Source: Squalus acanthias (taxonomy: Eukaryota). Taken from it: a DNA stretch of 64,000 bases. Shown here one piece after another: positions 24,251 through 37,687 of the stretch. The stretch lies in assembly GCA_030390025.1 (NCBI GenBank), contig CM059429.1:151528001-151592000 (forward strand), given 5' to 3'. Position 1 is the stretch's first letter, and every line of letters begins with the position of its first letter. Both the position numbers and the translations under genes were made by a program. The notes under the pieces are model-generated. The model was not told the DNA's origin. It saw only the letters and a list, made by a program, of their open reading frames with translations, and did not search any database.

Positions 24251-26256
24251 TGATCAGACTGATCGCAAAGCATCTCTGCTAAAGTTTGGCATGATGCGAA
24301 GATATTAAACTGGATAATTTACTGAATAAATATTATAGCAGTGGCTTTTTATTTTAACTGTGCTGTTCACACTCCAGCCTGTCAGGCATTCTGTTATTGC
24401 GCTGCATGTTTTTTTGAAAACCAAGTGTAGATCACACATTCTTCATCGATGCCGTGGTCCCTGTGAGTGTGATTCATGCCGCAGTTCTTTTCCAGCACTG
24501 CCGGTGAAGGAAGCCCCACCTCTGGATGCCACGACCTAATGTAAATGAGGCGGCACTTGTACCTCTGGTGGCACAGTGACCCACTGCAGGAGGTGGTTTA
24601 TTCCCTGCACGCCCAGAGATGCAGCGCCATCGGCGATGCCACCTTCTTGTTCTGGTGACAGGGATGCTGAGTTCTTGGCCATCGCTTTTAGACCATCAGT
24701 ACAGCTTTTGATTTTCTGGGCTGTACTGAATTTCCCACCACCATCACCAGAGAAGATCCACAGTGGAAACCTCCTGAATAATTCCAGATGAGTAACTCTG
24801 CAAAAACTGAACACTAAAAAACCCCGACAGTGAAAGGATTACAGGCCCATCTATCGAGATGAATCAAACTCTCATACAAATCAGATTAAATTCAATAGCT
24901 CCACTTGTCAATCAATGCATTAAGTATAGAGATGTGATTACACAAAGGGAACTGTGTCAAACTCAAGCCTGCCATTTTTTATTTTACCAAAGCTGATGAA
25001 TGGTCAAGATAGCAGCCTCACATATCCTGAAGTAAGCAGGCTTCAACAAAAGTGACAAGTTTCAAATCATGGAGAATCTTTTTTGAATTTAAAAAAATAA
25101 TTTATTCATGGGGGCGTCGCTGGCAAGGTTAGGATTTATTGTCCATCCCAATGGCTTCAGTCTTCCCAATATTTAGTTGGAGGAAATTTCTATTTATGCA
25201 GTACTGGATATTGGACAAGCAGTGTGACAAATCAGAGACAGTGGGGGGAGGGGGCGTTGAAAGAGGTGGCAGTGAGGTAGAGCTAGGTATAAATACCATT
25301 TAATACATAATAGATTATTCTGGAGCTGTGCCCTTTAAGGTATTAAGGTCTAACTATTATACAGTTACACCCTGAGGTTAATTAAAGGCAAGTTGCTGTT
25401 AAGTACCAGCATGTCAAAGAGGAAACCAGAAATAATATACTCGATCCAGTGAGCCTAACTTGGTATCAGACCTCCATGTGGGAAAACACCTGGGAAACAG
25501 TGACCACAATATTATAAGGTTTCAATTGGCTGGTAGAACCAAAGGTACTGAAAACCTACAATTAATTCTATATTTCAAAAGGACTAACTTTAAGAATATG
25601 GCAAAGGATTTGAAACAGGTCAATGATCCAAGCCCATTGGGTAGGGATGAAACCAATGCAGAATATAAATGGCAAGTTTTTAAGAGCAAACTAAAACACA
25701 TAGAAGCCATGTACATCCCCAAATTCAAAAGTGGCATCACAAGTTTGTGTGGGACAGGCTGGATGAACCAGTAGGTCTTTTCCTGTCCATTATTTTCACA
25801 TGTCCTTAAGTAGGACCAGAGGCCGAGTAGAAGGTATTCCGTATTAGTGGGGAAGTTTTTCTGAAAGCATGTGTGGCAGAGTGTGACACTTGAAGTGTTA
25901 CAGCTGCGTCTTTTATATATACATCTACAATGCTTTTGGAAATTATTATTTTTCTCCTCTTCTCCTTTTGCGGACTTTCCTTCATCACACTAACAATGGT
26001 CATTCTGACCAAGAGAGTGGGGATGCAATCTCCTCCCAGGCCTCTGCTAAAATTATTCTATGTGCCAAAGAGTGCATAAGAGCAGCCTGGAATAAATCCT
26101 CCACCAAATTGCCCATTTTTTTCTGTGGGACTTGATGCTTTCCCAAGATAATATGGCTGAGATCAGCAACATTTTGAATTGCAGACATAAACCCATTAGT
26201 TGCACAAATACCACTTGACCATATGACCTAGGGAGATTCTTAGCCGCTCCAGCATA

Positions 26257-26709
26257 AGAAAGAAAGACTTGCATTTATATCGCGCCTTTCATGACCACCG
26301 GACGTATCCCAAAGCGTTTTACAGCCAATGAAGTACTTTTTGAAGTGTAGTCACAGTTGTAATGTAGGAAACGCGGCAGCCAATTTGCACACAGCAAGCT
26401 CCCACAAACAGCAATGTGATAATGACCAGATAATCTGTTTTAGATGGTGACTGAGGGATTGGCTAAGACATTGGGGATAACTCCCCTGCTCTTCTTCAAA
26501 ATAGTGCCATAGGCTCTTTTACGTCCACCAGACAGGGCCTCGGTTTAACGTCTCATCCGAAAGACGGCACTTCCGACAATGCAGCATTCCCTCAGTACTG
26601 CACTGTAGTGTCAGCCTAGATTTTTGTGCTCAAGTCTCTGGAGTGGGACTTGAACCCACAACCTTCTGACCCAAAGGCAAGAGTGCTACCCACTGATCCA
26701 CAGCTGACA
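26257..26709 (-). mobile_element. Deu-domain SINE (duplicate of 16310-16762)
   Basis: Same sequence within duplication copy 2. Confidence 0.88.
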
Positions 26710-27134
26710 CAGCATATTCCCTTTGGGATGAGCACTGAACTAACCCAAAGTCGTCCAAACGTTGGGATTTTATTTGAACTCAAGCCAACACAAACCATAG
26801 CCTGTCATAATGTAAAAAAAACATGACTGCACATATCCAAGGGCACCTTTGATTGCTAGCCCTTTCCCTAACCCAAAAACAAAGATCACAATTGTGTGTG
26901 CCCCCACTGTGATGTTGGACACTTAGAAATCTACTCCCCACAAGGCTTGATATCACTTCCATCTCCTCCAATTAAACTGCCAGAGGCTGCACACAGATAG
27001 GAGCAACTTTAATTTTTTAAAATTCCCTTCTTGCTATGGTTTCAGTTGCCAATGTTCAGTTTTCTATGCCACGATTGAGGTAAACTCATGGATCCCCAGT
27101 CCTCAGTACAGAGAAACGTCGCAAAGCTCTTTAA

Positions 27135-27608
27135 GTCAGTCGTGGCTCAGTTGGTAGCACTCTCGTCTCTGAGTCAGAAGGTTGTGGGTTTATGTCCCAC
27201 TCCAGAAACTTGAACAGAAAAATCTAGGCTTACGCTCCAGTGCAGTGCTGAGGGAGTGCTGCACTGTCGGAGATGAAGTCTTTCAGATTAGATGTTAAAT
27301 GGAGGCCCCGTCTGCCCTCTCAGGTGGATGTAAAAGATCCCATGGCACTATTTCGAAGAAGAGCAGTGGACTTATCCCTGGTGTTCTGGCCAATATTTAT
27401 CCCTCAATCAACATCACATAAGCAGATTATCTGGTCATTATCACATTGCTGTTTGTGGGATCTTGCTGTGCGAAAATTGGCTGCCGCGTGTCCTACATTA
27501 CAACAGTGACTCCACTTCAAAAAGTACTTCATTGGCTGTAAAGTGCTTTGGGACGTCCTGCGGTTGTGAAAGACGCTATGTAAATCCAAGTCTTTCTTTT
27601 TTTCTTTT
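27135..27608 (+). mobile_element. Deu-domain SINE (duplicate of 17187-17660)
   Basis: Same element, with several substitutions relative to copy 1. Confidence 0.88.
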
Positions 27609-30600
27609 ACGTGAATTTTTTTTGAAGTGGTCGTTGTTACGCAGGCACACATGCCGGACTTGCTCTGGCTGTTCCCTTTTCTACTGTCACCTGTTTAATG
27701 ACCAATAGAAATTGCATTCCTGCAGTGTGGGCCAGGTCCTGGCAGTCTTTCATTCGATTGGACGTAGGCCTTCGTTAACATGCCATCCAGCAGTTCAGCT
27801 TTGAGTTTATCAAAGGCACCGTTGGTAGATTTAAATGGCAGTTCTGAATGGCATTCAAACTTTTGACCCTGCAAATGAAGAATCCCAAACTACCCAACAA
27901 CTCACATCAAAGTCATCAGCTTATTATCACATTATTATTCATCTTTATAACTGTACTGAACATCGTTCCTGTATCTGTTAGGTGATGGAAAACAGATTTG
28001 TGCTCTGCAAAGTGTTAGGGAAATTCAATGCTCGAAGGGATAATCAATCTCATAATACATCTTGTGTCTTTGCTTTCTGTATTGGTAGTATAAGCAAAGC
28101 TTGCTTACGCAAACCTGATTGTGTCAAAGGTCATGGAGGAAAGTACGCATGCCACTTAGAAACTCAAAGTAAGTTTCCTCCATTTAAATGAAAATCCAAA
28201 CTAGTTCCATTTGATTCAGATCAAATATGAGTGAATGGATGGATGAATGGCACTTCTTCTTGTAATTAGGGTAAACAACATGGCTTCTGGTAGTTCTAAT
28301 CTGCCAGAGTTACAGAGGGTTACTCTGTTATGTAATTAGTACAAGGTTACTATCAGTGTGAGGTCAGAACCTGCCTGTTACCAGTCTGTCACAATCTATT
28401 TGGGCAATAATTCCAGGTAATGATTAGAGCTTTGATTATAGCTTTCCTTGCAAGCCCGACTGGCTGTAAGATTACACCAGGTCAAACACTGTCATGGAGG
28501 TCTTTGTATGTGTGTTCTATCTTTCATCGAAAGCATGTGATACATCATTCAAGATACGAGGTTATAGAAAGCACCAATATGATATCAGATCAGGAACTAG
28601 CTGTCTCTGAGTCATCAGCCAAAGATTTGCTTGTCCATACAACTATTCTAGTTGGCAAGTAATTAAACTTTAATCCATGTTGCGATGCTGTATTTGGAAA
28701 ACAGAATTTGCAGTTGACCGGATTCCTATTTAGAAAGATAGTTTTAAAGTCATATAATATTGCTTTCCATTAACTTTATCCAAAACTATTGGATAAAGAG
28801 ATGCTTCCTGTGAGTGATAATTCAGTGTGAAACACAACAAGGAGTTTAATATCCTCTGTGTGCTAAACTTAGCCCACCTGCTAATATGGTTCTGTAAATT
28901 CCTGTCTCCGCTAGCTGTTAACCCATTTAATAAATATGTTAACCTTGTACAGACGGGAATTTACACAAACACATTAACTGCTGCACCAAAAATAACGTAC
29001 ATAGAAATTAAACATGAGGTGAGCCCTTCTCATTGTGTGTTTAATTTTCACAGTGAGACTGCTGACTGACTTCACCAGTCATGATCTGGAAATAATGAAG
29101 CCCAATTTTAATGTCCCTGCAGCCATCTTGGCTGAAATCAGTTAACTCTACACAAACCAGGAATCGAACCTGGGATCTTCCTAATGTGAATAGCTCAATA
29201 TCACAAAGGAAATACATTTACCCAATGTGCGATCAAGAGCAGCCCGTAACAGTGTTTTTTGTGAATACAAATGACAGAGTACTCATTTCTAAATTATTTT
29301 ATAATTCTTGCTCTTATAAATTTTTATGCACTTCAAAAAAAAGTCCCTCCAATTTTTTCCCCTTCTCATCTAAAGGCACTATGGTATCGTTTTATAGACA
29401 CCAAGATGCCCTCCTGCATATTTCCCAAGTGTGACCCTTGACAGTAAATGTTGTCACACAGCCATGGTGGGGAAGGGGGGTGGGCTTCACATTCAATCTC
29501 AATCCCAACTTCACCTGACTTCCACCCATATACATTTTACAGCAAAGATCACTGGAGCAGTGAAAACTCTGACAGTTTTGCCCTCTGTAGTCCAGTGCTT
29601 CTATGCCCATTTGTACTGCTCCGGTGTTACACAAGTTGAGATCAGCTATCTCAGCACTGAATTGGGGGGTGGGGGGGGGGGGGGGGTGGTGGGCAGGGGG
29701 TGATGAGGGTGATCATACTTCATTCCTTTTGGTCTGTATTCCTAAGTTACAGACTCTCGTTACCGATTGAGACATTTGGGGAGTGACATTTATGTATCTG
29801 AAGGGATTATCGCCTAGTAAATCATCCCACACCAGCATTAATCAGGTTTGTCCACAGAGGACTAGCACGGTGAGCGACATCATGATGTCATTGCATTACT
29901 AATGATGCCTGGCGGCAATCCTGTTTTAAAGCTTCCTGTTTATAATTGGGACCAAGAAACCCTGCACAAAAGGCTTGTGCTACATTGCCTGCCTACAAGA
30001 TGCCAACATTCCCACATTTGAGTGGAGTTTGACAGAGACAGACTTTTCACCAGCAGAGATGTGACCAAAGACGCTTCACTAACGTAGCATCTCCACTATA
30101 AGAAAAAGGAAAAGGAAATATAAAATGAAACTACTGCTTGGAATTGAACGCATTAAAACATTTTAAGGTATCATTGAGGTTCTTCTGGTTCATTCCTAAT
30201 AAGAACATTTCCAATATTATCCAGTGTATGAGCTTAAATGATGGTCCAAGCTGAGGAAAAGAAATGATTGGGGTCCCACGGCGGGATGGCGGGGTCCTGA
30301 ATAACTCATTTTCAGCATCACTTAGAGCTGTAACAGCTGAGGGAAGTGAAGTGAGTGTGAAGCCAATCACAAAGCCTCTCCCTGGAGAAAAGAGCAATCT
30401 GAGCTCTTTATTCCTCCTCGGAATGCTTTCTGCTCTTTCCTGTTTAATTTTTTTCCCCCCTTTTATTTTTTTTCTCCACACAGCACATAGAAAATAACAC
30501 CACCTGGTCTCTTGTCAGCTGCTGTGCTAAGACTCGTGATCAGGGCCTCTTGAGTATTAAAGCTGATATAAAACTATTGCTTTCTGCTCTATCCTGGAGG

Positions 30601-31888
30601 GTTTCTGTGCTGTCATTTCAGGAGAGCAACCCTCAGCTGCATTCCTGTCAGTGTTTGATCAAGAAAACTTAAGATGCAAGATTTCTGTGGAAAAATGCAT
30701 TCGCTGAACCCTCAATTTTGTATAGGGAGGACCAAGTGTTTTTGTCACAATGGCGTCACACACAAATAACACAACAAAAACATTTCAATACGATTTCCTT
30801 TATTGCATTCAGCTTTTGCAAAAAAAACTATTAAGGAACTGCAAGCACCTTTTTCATGAAGACAGTGTGCTTTTAAGCATTGAGTGTAACCAACCATATG
30901 CTGAACTCAGAGGCTCAGTTACCACGACAACGCTTTGCCCACCTACACCACCTCAGGGCCTACAATGAGCAGCAGGCAGGTAGGGTTTTGCCACCAAATG
31001 TGTTGTATCTGGTGCTGACGGGATAGGGTGGCAGCAGGAGTCCCCCATCTGTGCTCAATCACTGCTTGGCTTAGTTTGGTGCTTTTTGAAATTCAGATCA
31101 AGGACAAAATAGTATTTTTTTTATAAAAAAGCATAGAGCACCATTTCATAATTAACCTTTACACCTGCCAATTCTGGGAAGATAGAAGTTTTTCCACAAT
31201 GCAGCTGCATTCTGGCTGTTGGGAAGTCATTTCCAGATTTTGGTTTTTTTTACATTTATTTCTGCCAATTTTCTTTCTCTTCCCACAATTTTTGCTTGAA
31301 TTCTTATTGAACTGTAACTGCATCTGTTTCATTCAGAATAAAATCACATGATGGGGGGGGGGGGGCGGTGGGAGAGACTTCCGCGAAAGACGTTGGCCCA
31401 GGAAGTAAATCGCGCCCGAAAACGGGCGTGCAGGGAGTGGGGCGCTTGCTGCGTTCACCTGTTCATGTGGTCCCATTGTCGGGATCGTAAGATCGAAATT
31501 TCGGTTAATTGGACCCCATCCCCCACCCGGGCTGAGACAATAACGGAGACTGATATTAATTAAAGACTGATATTAATTAATTAATTATTGGCTGTCATTC
31601 GACAATATAAACAGTTAAAAGTGATGCTCACTTCTGCGGAGCACGGTCCAGAGCACGGGGTGATCAAGCAGTTGTCCTGGGAGAATCGGGGTGACTATCT
31701 TGGTGCGTCTTCATCCCCTTCATCTTTGTGTTGCTGGTTGATAGTTCCCAGCACTCGGTGGTTAGCTAGTCCTCTGCAGTGCCCTTTCGTTCCCCTCTTC
31801 TTCGCTTGCAGTATCTTTTATACTTTCCAGTGGGTTGTTGTGTATTTTGCCATACATAGATTCTCCTTCTGGCATGGGACATGGTTAG

Positions 31889-31994
31889 CAGTTGTGGTTG
31901 ATATAATTAACATAGATCAGTTGTGGTTGATATAATTAACGCAGGTCAGTTGTGGTTGATATAATTAACGCAGGTCAGTTGTGGTTGATATAAT
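31889..31994. repeat. 29-bp minisatellite (duplicate copy)
   Basis: Identical array in copy 2 of the segmental duplication. Confidence 0.95.
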
Positions 31995-32102
31995 GAATAC
32001 AGTTCCATCATCTCAGCACTTCAGCTGACGATGCGCAATAAACAAATCCATATAAGTCCATCATGCTCTGCACCAGCCATTCTGTGTTGATCAGAGACTT
32101 CT

Positions 32103-34195
32103 GGGGGTGATTTTATCAATGGGGACGTGATGGAGGCGGGACTGCTGCGAGGTTTGGAGCCGTCGGGAAGCCCACACTTTAGGGCTCAAAATAGGGATTA
32201 GCCAAACAACTGTATGTTAACTACCTGTTAACAGGCAGTTAATTGTCACTAATCCCCTTCCCATCTCGGAGACGGGACCCGGCGCGGGTTGGGTACCCGC
32301 CTCCTGGGAAGATGGCACAGAGGTGGGTTGGGGGTGGGATGGGTACCCGCTCCCAGATTCTGCCATTTTCCCGGCAGTCCCGCCTCCATACCCGCCTCCC
32401 CAGGGCTGGCAAAATTGCCCCCATGTGTGGGAGGGGTTCTGAAAATTGGGCATCTCTGATGCCACTTAAAGGCAGCCAGCACTTCTTAAAAGGGAGGTGC
32501 ACTCTGGCTGCAGACAACAGGGAAACTTCCCACACTGCAGAAATGGCTGGAAGAAGTCCAGACAGGGCACCCGGGATCTCCATTGCCGCGTTGGAGGCCC
32601 TGATCCGGATGGTGGACAAGAGGAGGGAGATCCTGCTCCCCCCCAGGGATCAGAAAGCTGTCCAGGCAACACCTCCGCCACCAGTAGGAAGAGGTTGCTG
32701 AGAAGCTCGCACACAACTCCAAAACTAAGGCTGCCACTGAAGGAGGCCGAGCCTGCCTGCATACCCTCTCCCTTGTGGGTGAAAACGTGCTGGCCATCAG
32801 GGGCAGAGTCATGGGCATTGTGAGTGGCTATGCTGGAGGAGATGTTGTGCAGGGTTTCTTCATACCTTATCCACTTTTTACCTTCTTCTATCTCACCCTA
32901 TACACTCTGCACAACACACTGCAGCTGTTTGCCCCAGTCACTTCTACCTCTGCTCTGCCTCCACACTAAAAGTTAACCTTCGTCCCTCTCTTTAATTTCA
33001 GGTGCTGAAGACATGGACATACCTCTATCACTTCAGGAAGAGGAGGCCAGCCTTCCTGAAGATGCACCATCAATCAATTTGACCCTAGCAAGCACTAGTT
33101 CAGAGACTGGCACCGTGCATACTTTAGAGGCTAGACTAGAGGAGGGGTCTTCATGTGGTAAATCACCGGGCACAAGTGTTCCGGAGCTAGGGCAGGGGTA
33201 TTGGATGTCACAGGTGTCAGCTTGCTGGAGGGCAAGATCACATACTAGGTAGCGAAGAAAGCTGATGGGCATATGTCAGGAAAGGCTAGGTGCAATGGGC
33301 AGCCTGCCAGCAAGCTTGTGCACAATGTCGCAGAGCATGGAGGAGTCCAGCTGCAACTTATGTCAAGGCTTCACACAGAGCATGGAGACCATTCTGTCCA
33401 CATGGACCGAATGGTCAGCTCCATGAACACGAGAGTGGTGCCCACCATGATGGAACATCTACTGAAAGCTCTGACAGCTTGTACAGCAGCTAACACTGCT
33501 GCCATGGAAGCTCAGACGGCTGCCAACTTGGTTCTGGGGGTTACTGTTGATATGGGATTACAGAGCATCACATCACTCCTGCACTCTGTTCTCATGCAGA
33601 GCTGTAGCAGTGCTAAGGAGCAGTCCTGAGAGATTGGCCTTGGCTCCATTGGAGAGGCACCTACTGTCCTCTCTCAGGATGGCAACATGCCTTCTCCCCC
33701 GTTACCAATTATGGCAGTGCCTTTGTTAATGCCACAGGCTGCCCCACCTCACGCTGAGATGCTGCAGTCTGCTGCCGAACGCTCAAGCTCCAGAGCTGCT
33801 CGAGGTCACCCACCACGGCCATCTGAAGAGTCCTCAATGGAAGCTCAGCAGCCTTGTACCTCCAATGCTGGAACCACTGGTGAAACACTTCGTAGTAGCA
33901 CTATGCTAAGTAAACTAGAACAGAAGGCAGGCACTAAGGGCTTGCAGAAGGGTGTTTCTTCAGTATTTCTGTTAACTATTGGATACAGATGGAACTGAGT
34001 TGTTGGATAAATTTGTTTATTGCTCAGCTCTGTAGGTGTTCCTGGGTTCCTGGCAAGAGTCATGAGGCAAATAATGGCACCTGTGCCATCTCCGTTAAAC
34101 AGAGGAGAGGACAGATTTTGGTGATGTACGCAGAGCAAGATCCATTTAGAGTGGGGGGCTCAATTATTGTGTGCGTGCCTTATCAGTATTAGCAT
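32103..34195 (+). mobile_element. Duplicate of the decayed Harbinger/Myb-like element
   Basis: Copy 2 of 22158-24250; ORF 32243-32701 shows MAGRSPDRAPGISIAALEALIRMVDKRREILLP. Confidence 0.65.
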
Positions 34196-35034
34196 GATCA
34201 GACTGATCGCAAAGCATCTCTGCTAAAGTTTGGCATGATGCGAAGATATTAAACTGGATAATTTACTGAATAAATATTATAGCAGTGGCTTTTTATTTTA
34301 ACTGTGCTGTTCACACTCCAGCCTGTCAGGCATTCTGTTATTGCGCTGCATGTTTTTTTGAAAACCAAGTGTAGATCACACATTCTTCATCGATGCCGTG
34401 GTCCCTGTGAGTGTGATTCATGCCGCAGTTCTTTTCCAGCACTGCCGGTGAAGGAAGCCCCACCTCTGGATGCCACGACCTAATGTAAATGAGGCGGCAC
34501 TTGTACCTCTGGTGGCACAGTGACCCACTGCAGGAGGTGGTTTATTCCCTGCACGCCCAGAGATGCAGCGCCATCGGCGATGCCACCTTCTTGTTCTGGT
34601 GACAGGGATGCTGAGTTCTTGGCCATCGCTTTTAGACCATCAGTACAGCTTTTGATTTTCTGGGCTGTACTGAATTTCCCACCACCATCACCAGAGAAGA
34701 TCCACAGTGGAAACCTCCTGAATAATTCCAGATGAGTAACTCTGCAAAAACTGAACACTAAAAAACCCCGACAGTGAAAGGATTACAGGCCCATCTATCG
34801 AGATGAATCAAACTCTCATACAAATCAGATTAAATTCAATAGCTCCACTTGTCAATCAATGCATTAAGTATAGAGATGTGATTACACAAAGGGAACTGTG
34901 TCAAACTCAAGCCTGCCATTTTTTATTTTACCAAAGCTGATGAATGGTCAAGATAGCAGCCTCACATATCCTGAAGTAAGCAGGCTTCAACAAAAGTGAC
35001 AAGTTTCAAATCATGGAGAATCTTTTTTGAATTA

Positions 35035-35912
35035 AAAAAATAATTTATTCATGGGGGCGTCGCTGGCAAGGTTAGGATTTATTGTCCATCCCTAATTGCC
35101 CTTGAGAAGGTGGTGGTGAGCCGCCTTCTTGAACCGCTGCAGTCCGTGTGGTGAAGGTACTCCCACAGTGATGTTCGGTAGGGAGTTCCAGGATTTTGAC
35201 CCAGCGACGATGAAGGAATGGCGATATATTTCCAAGTCAGGATGGTGTGTGACTTGGAGGGAAACTTGGAGATGGTGGTGTTCCCATGCGCCTGCTGCCC
35301 TTGTCCTTCTAGGTGGTAGAGGTTGTGCGTTTGGAAGGTACTGTCGAAGAAGCCTTGGCAATTTGCTGCAGTGCATCATCTTGTAGATGGTACACACTGC
35401 AGACACGGTGCACCGGTGGTGGAGGGAGTGAATGTTTAAGGTGGTAGATGGGGTGCCGATCAAGTGGGCTGCTTTGTCCTGGTGTTGAGCTTCTTGAGTG
35501 TTGTTGGAGCTGCACTCATCCAGGCAAGTGGAGAGTATTCCATCACATTCCTGACTTGTGCCTTGTAGATGGTGGAAAGGCTTTGGGGAGTCAGGAGATG
35601 AGACACTCCCCGCAGAATATCCAGCCTCTGACCTGCTCTTGTATCCACAGTATTTATGTGGCTGGTCCAGTTAAGTTTCTGGTCAATGGTGACCCCCCCA
35701 GGATGTTGATGGTAGGGGATTCAACGATGGTAATGCCATTGAATGTCAAGGGAAGGTGGTTAGACTCTTGTTGGAGATGGTCATTGCCTGACACTTGTGT
35801 GGCAGGAATGTTACTTGGCACTATCAGCCCAAACCTGAATGTTGTCCAGGTCTTGCTGCATGCGGGCACGAACTGCTTCATTATCTGAGGAGTTGCAAAT
35901 GGAACTGAACAT
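35035..35912 (-). mobile_element. CR1-group non-LTR retrotransposon, second family, 5'-truncated; contains the right duplication breakpoint
   Basis: Frameshifted minus-strand ORFs: RAGQRLDILRGVSHLLTPQSLSTIYKAQVRNVMEYSPLAWMSAAPTTLKKL and IHSLHHRCTVSAVCTIYKM..SFIVAGSKSWNSLP, both RT C-terminal motifs. Confidence 0.85.
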
Positions 35913-36015
35913 TGTATACATAGGAATAATGTTAAACTACTTATACACTTAATGCTGACTTATACACTTAATACAAAAGCAAAATACTGTGGATGCTGTA
36001 TACACTAATATCTGT

Positions 36016-36333
36016 GATATCTGCACTCCTCTAATTCTGCCCTCTTAAGCATCTCTGATTATAATTGCTCAACCATTGGTGGCTATGCCTTCTGTTGCCT
36101 AGGCCCTAAGCTCTGGAATTCCCTGCCTAAACCTCTCCGCCTCGCTACCTCTCTTTCCTCCTTTAAGACGCTCCTTAAAACCTACCTCTTTGACCAAGCT
36201 TTTGGTCACCTGCCCTAATTTATCCTTATGTGGATCAGTGTCAAATTTTTTTGTCTTTTAATACTCCTGTGAAGCACCTTGGGACATTTTACTACGTTAA
36301 AGGCGCTATATAAATGCACGTTGTTGTTGTTGT
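36016..36333 (+). mobile_element. L2 LINE 3' fragment
   Basis: CTAAGCTCTGGAATTCCCTGCCTAAACCTCTCCGCC..TTTGACCAAGCTTTTGGTCACC..TATAAATGCACG(TTG)n. Confidence 0.9.
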
Positions 36334-36511
36334 TTGGTAATTAAACCACAAGCCTACCTTAGAAAATGTAGAGGGCATGTAGACGTTCTATTAATAAGGG
36401 AGCAAAAGTATTGTATATCAATATATAAAGATGCAATATAAAGGACAGATTGGTTCCAATGAGTGATAGTAGATATCTTCAACAGCACAAATTAAGAACA
36501 TTCTATAATTA

Positions 36512-37088
36512 TGGGGGTGTTTTGGTTAGCTCTGGTAATCGGGCGGGTAATGGGGGTTGTGATGGCGCCTCTTCTCTGATCACAGCAGCGAGGGGCCTGA
36601 ACCATCTTGGTGGTCGGGGCTTACCAGAATGAGGCCAGGTGCTTCGAGACAGCTCGCTGGCCGGGGTCGGGGGTGGGGGTGGGGGGAGACCGTCCAGCTT
36701 CTCACCCTCCTGACCCCACAAAAGTGAAAGAACATTTTATTTTGTCTGTAGTGGAGCGTCCTATAGTGATCCCTTTAAGAACTGCTAATTCGGACACTCC
36801 ACGACAGGGACCAATGGGCAGGGCACATGTGGTTCACTCCCCGCCCATTAGTACACAAAAATCACATCAGGGTCCTACAACAGGCACAGGACCCTGATTT
36901 AAATAACTGAACAAAGCTCACACTTGTTTCGGGCAGGAGTGCTGGACACCCATTTCGAGGGTCGCTCTCGGGTCAGGCAGGGCTTGGGTAGCCAGTGGGC
37001 GAGCCATTTTTTCCTCAAATTACGTTGGTCTACCAGCCCATTTACCAGCGTAAACGAGGCAGGTCGACATACGAAAAAATTGGCCCCT
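36512..37088. mobile_element. Harbinger-type MITE, degenerate
   Basis: GC-rich island bounded by GGGGGTGTTTT and AAAATTGGCCCC, with inverted subterminal GGGCGGGTAATGG / CCCATTTACC motifs. Confidence 0.5.
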
Positions 37089-37687
37089 ATATGAGAATAC
37101 TCAGTGCATCAAAACTTTCCTCGATATCATATTGCCCTGGCCCTGAAATTCCACAGGGGTTCTCCCAGTCTACCACCATAACTCCAGTGGGAGACTGGCA
37201 GAATCCCCTCACCCCCCACCACACCCTTCCCTGAGATACAGCAGGAGACCAGGAAACCCCTATAGAAATCTCAGGGCCTCTATCTTGGAGCCTTATTGCT
37301 ACAACACTCTATTCTATGAACATCTTGCTAGAACAAATATTTTCACATGTTTCAGCAGAAGCTCCAGTATGGAGGAACTCAATTCAAATGTTGATCAAAA
37401 CTCAACGTGTTGTTCTGTACTCTAAACTCATTCTTTCCAAGGACAACAGGACTGTGGAACATCTCGCCGTACCGCATCATCCTAACTTACCTTGTCTTCT
37501 CTCCTAATCTTTTTAGCCTTGGTATTGTCCTGCACCATGAGCCTTGTCCCTTTATCTGGGTTTCTCAATAGCAAAATACAGTTGAAAAGAATTGCTTTTC
37601 CAGTGATTGATGAGCTACATTTTACTGCAAGGTCTTACATGCAGAGTATGTAATATTAATCTAAACCCATTTTTCTTTTCCCATCAG

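Larger units (their letters stand above)
15203..25149 (+). repeat. Tandem segmental duplication, copy 1 (~9.95 kb)
   Basis: Sequence from AATGGCTTCAGTCTTCCC (15203) to ...TTTATTGTCCATCCC (25149) recurs at an offset of about 9944-9948. The ORF track shows paired identical ORFs, e.g. 15513/25460, 18034/27982 and 23329/33273. Confidence 0.98.
25150..35092 (+). repeat. Tandem segmental duplication, copy 2
   Basis: Starts at the junction GTCCATCCC|AATGGCTTC and ends at GTCCATCCC (35092), after which the LINE continues normally (TAATTGCCCTTGAG). Near-identical to copy 1 by eye. Confidence 0.98.

Noticed and set aside
1-37687. Upstream ligand-binding-domain exon (exon 3)
   Set aside because: No long ORF with Eph ligand-binding-domain motifs appears in the track; the exon is presumably upstream of the window.
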